64,000 nt of DNA from contig CDRNST010000079.1 of NCBI GenBank assembly GCA_977016875.1, positions 1,054,001 to 1,118,000 of the forward strand. Direction: 5' to 3'. Made by a program: the position numbers and the translations under genes. The notes below the pieces were generated by a model, which worked only from the letters and a program-made list of their open reading frames with translations, made no database searches and had not been told where the DNA came from. Origin of the DNA: Pavona decussata. Taxonomy: Eukaryota. Position 1 is the stretch's first letter; every line of letters starts with the position of its first letter. Of the stretch, positions 60,861-64,000 are shown piece by piece.

Positions 60861-62315
60861 GCAAGAAGGCAACCGCACGGAGTATTTTCCGACTGCGCAT
60901 GCTACTTCATGTTTGTGTGCAAAGTAATGCAGCAAAGTAAAGTGATAGAATCAGGTTGCTTCCTGATCTCCAACACACAAAACGTACATTTTATCAAATA
61001 AAGTAAGACGGAAGACTTTAAAAGTACGGTAACTAAAAAGAAACAAGTAAAAATCAATAATTGAGAAACAGCCCATCTAAAATCTTGGCCCAATATGGTA
61101 ATGTAGGATGTTATTTTAATGCATACATCCTGTACATCCTGTTCGTGAACTGTCTGAAATAGTGTCCAAAAATAGTAACGACGAAAGCAGGTACGTTAAA
61201 AATTATTTAAATTTCAAGTAGAATGTCGTCCATTGATCACGATCTCGCTCAATATGTGTGCATGTATTTAATTTCCCTTCTTGCATTAATTTTTTCGGTT
61301 ACATCGACGTGTCCGACACATCATCCAATGAAAACATCAAGGCGTAAGGAACTGAACTGAATCGATCGCATGCTGTTATCTCTGTACACGGAAAGATTTT
61401 CGGCCCTTGAACTAAAACAATGTTTTGGTCAGAACAGTCACTGATAATAGATTCGGTTACTGGTTATCGTCACCTTTTTAACTCGTTCAGGTGTCATATA
61501 TTTCGGATAAAATACGTTCCTGGAATGGAGGTGTAAGTCAGGAAAGATGGATTTAAGGATGAATATGCCCTGTTGTGCTCTGTTTCTAGAGTCTTCCTAG
61601 ATAGCACCGCCAATGTCAAGATGGAGTCCAAATAGAGTGAAAAATCTGACCTCATGAAAAAGCGTGCTGGGCAAGCCCCTTGGCCGGGTTAAGTACTTCA
61701 CCAACGATGTGTTTTCGCATTTGCTTGGTGAAAGAAAAGTCATAGAAGCTAAAGGGTAGGTTTTCTGTCAACTTACATGCTGAAATCACAAACGTGCAAC
61801 TGCCAGTTTTAGTGCTGCCACGTGTTCAAGGTATTTGCGGCTTGTTGTTTTGGGTGCTTTCTTTTGCGTGATCATTTTTGTCTTGTTTACAACGACACAA
61901 AGCAGCAAAAAAAAAATTATTGCTAGAAAACAAAAACCAACCTCAATAATTAGCTGAATAAACAAACGAAGGACTTAAAATCAAGTGAACACTACAACAA
62001 CAATTTTCTGTTTGAGGGATTTTTGAGAAGAAAAAAAAAACTACCATCATTATATTGACTACTTACTAGTATAGCAAAAGATTAGGGAGTGCGTTTGATG
62101 ATTTCGATCCCACGCTCTCTCTTCTTTGCCAAGATCAGTGATGATGTCATCCGCCCCTGCAAAAAGATCTGCGGGGGATGCCACACCCAAGTTCCATTCA
62201 TTTGTTTATTATTCCATAAAATCTCGACTCCAATCAATACTAGGAGTGCGTTCTTTCTTCGTCGAACGCAATAAGACATTGGCAAAGTTGAGTTTTTTTT
62301 TCCAAAAATACACTG

Positions 62316-63650
62316 TTCCTATTTATAATCACGACTCAACCACAGGAGTGGGTGTGCAGCTCGAACTGTGAGCCCGATTGTTCAATGCCGTCCTCATGCA
62401 TAAATACAAAATAAATAGATGCTAAAAACATGATAAGAAACAAATTAAGATCAAAAGCGTACATCTCGGGATAAACGTGTGCGTCTGCCTGATACGAAAA
62501 TCCAAAATTCCAGTGGAAAAAATGGGAACGTATTCCCCGACCTCCGGGGGTTAGAGGTAAACTAACAGACTACTGACAATTCCAATATAGATATTTAATA
62601 AGCCTCTAGTGTCAAAATTCCAACTTCTGAAAACTAAAGTTTGAAAGTTCAAGAGCTAAAATAAATAAATTACAACCGTCAAACCCTTATATACACTTAC
62701 AACAGAAGACTCAATTAACACCATTTCAACACGTAATCGTTCATACCAACAGGAAAATATTTACATTCTTTGTCACTGCCACTTACAGCTTAGTTCCGCC
62801 GAATCTAAATACATTTCCTATTTATAATCACGACTCAACCACAGGAGTGGGTGTGCAGCTCGAACTGTGAGCTGCCGAGAAAGACAAAGAACGGGGTCTA
62901 AGCTAAAGGCCTAAGTGACATAGAGACCGATAAGGGACTTTCTAGTGAATCCGCAAGATAAACTGTCTTTGGCGATCTCGGAGCGCCATCTGCCATGGTG
63001 TTTAAATATTCTGTCAGAGATACCACTATTAGCTGCAGAAGATGCGCTGCCGCTCCTAAAGCTGTGCCAAGAAGAAACAGTTAAGATCTAGTTGTAAATC
63101 GGCCAACTTCTTAAGAAGAATCTCCCTACACCTTGTATACGAAAGCTCCGATCCAGGGCAAATGAACTGAGACTTAGATCCAGTTTGGATGTTACCAAAT
63201 AGGAAGCCATCGCCGCCGTTGGCGGAAGTTGGTAACACCAGTTTAGCCAGTGCCAGATACTTAGCGAGATATGCCCCGTGGCAGAGAACGGTGCCAGTCT
63301 TGACAATTGGGACGACTGCGCCTTTGTGTAATTGGTCGGTTTTGCTCCTTCCAATGAAAAGTTCAAAGTATGTAGAATGTTCAATTACATCTTTAAGCCT
63401 TAAATTGGAACATTCGTCAAACCTCAGGAAGCCTGCATAAGCGAGAAGTGCCATTGCCATAAATCTTGCATCAAGCGACGTACGAACCATCCAAGCTATG
63501 ATAAAACTTGAGAAGAATTTCCGCAGTGAATGGTGTCTTCTTAGAGACTTGATGAGATAACCTCCGCCTTGCTGACTCGAGTACTTTCTGTGGGAGGGTG
63601 CGATAGGTCGGGGACTCAAACTCAGCAATATCGTGAACCCACCGTAAACC
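62316..63650 (-). mobile_element. 3' end of a YR retrotransposon with split direct repeats (PAT/Ngaro-type B1-A2-B2) and YR pseudogene
   Basis: YR LAYAGFLRFDE, SKTDQ, HSFRSG, KHHGRWRS (frameshifted); identical 58-bp repeats at 62316-62373 and 62815-62872 downstream of the YR. Confidence 0.88.
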
Positions 63651-63723
63651 TACAATACAATACAATTAAATTAAATTAAATTAATCTAGGAAGCGACAAA
63701 AGGACATGAAAAATCAAGGAGGC

Positions 63724-63900
63724 CAAATAAACACTCCTGTTACTTGGACACCACAAGTAGATAGTAATAAACACTCGTATCACCAAGACACTAAAAATAA
63801 ACACTCGTGTCACCGAGACACCATAAACAAACACACGTGTCACCAAGACACTATAAATAAACACTCGTGCCACCGAGACACCATAAATAAACACTCATAC
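63724..63900. repeat. 30-bp minisatellite (about 5-6 copies)
   Basis: CACCRAGACACYATAAATAAACACTCGTGT repeated. Confidence 0.9.
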
Positions 63901-64000
63901 AACCAAAATTCCCACAGTTTCCCAAAAGTGGATAAAGGGGAAACAGGTTGGATGGAGAGCATATATCCCTTGTGAGTGGAAGGTCCTCCTCCAAGATGCT

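Noticed and set aside
63676-63975. Repetitive ORFs on both strands
   Set aside because: Translations of the 30-bp minisatellite

Overview
Eukaryotic, AT-rich, intron-rich DNA, most likely a stony coral (inferred from the coadhesin-type domains and repeat landscape). One minus-strand gene dominates the window. I can splice 23 exons (31386 down to 64; 3,927 nt, about 1,309 codons) with GT-AG sites, matching phases and no stops. They encode a receptor tyrosine kinase with the architecture F5/8C (discoidin) - 9x TSP1 - linker - vWA (degenerate MIDAS) - 2x TSP1 - 2x Ig - TM - tyrosine kinase. The kinase runs off the left edge. This amounts to a coadhesin-like adhesion ectodomain on an FGFR/RET-like kinase. 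The two TSP1 exons after the vWA come from a very recent (~99% identical), internally deleted local duplication. A 10-nt microexon is needed to keep the TM exon in frame with the kinase. The 5' end is unresolved: there are several candidate microexons (3-33 nt) and an apparently frameshifted signal-peptide exon near 59.7 kb. The introns contain a 4.6-kb foldback built from a TTAA-targeting DNA element, a decayed BEL/Pao LTR element carrying a third copy of that element, two back-to-back tyrosine-recombinase (DIRS-like) retroelement fragments, a tandem hairpin array, a decayed Gypsy element and many MITEs. A third YR-element tail with split direct repeats lies near the right edge. There is one 157-N assembly gap. 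All calls come from reading the sequence; no database searches were run.
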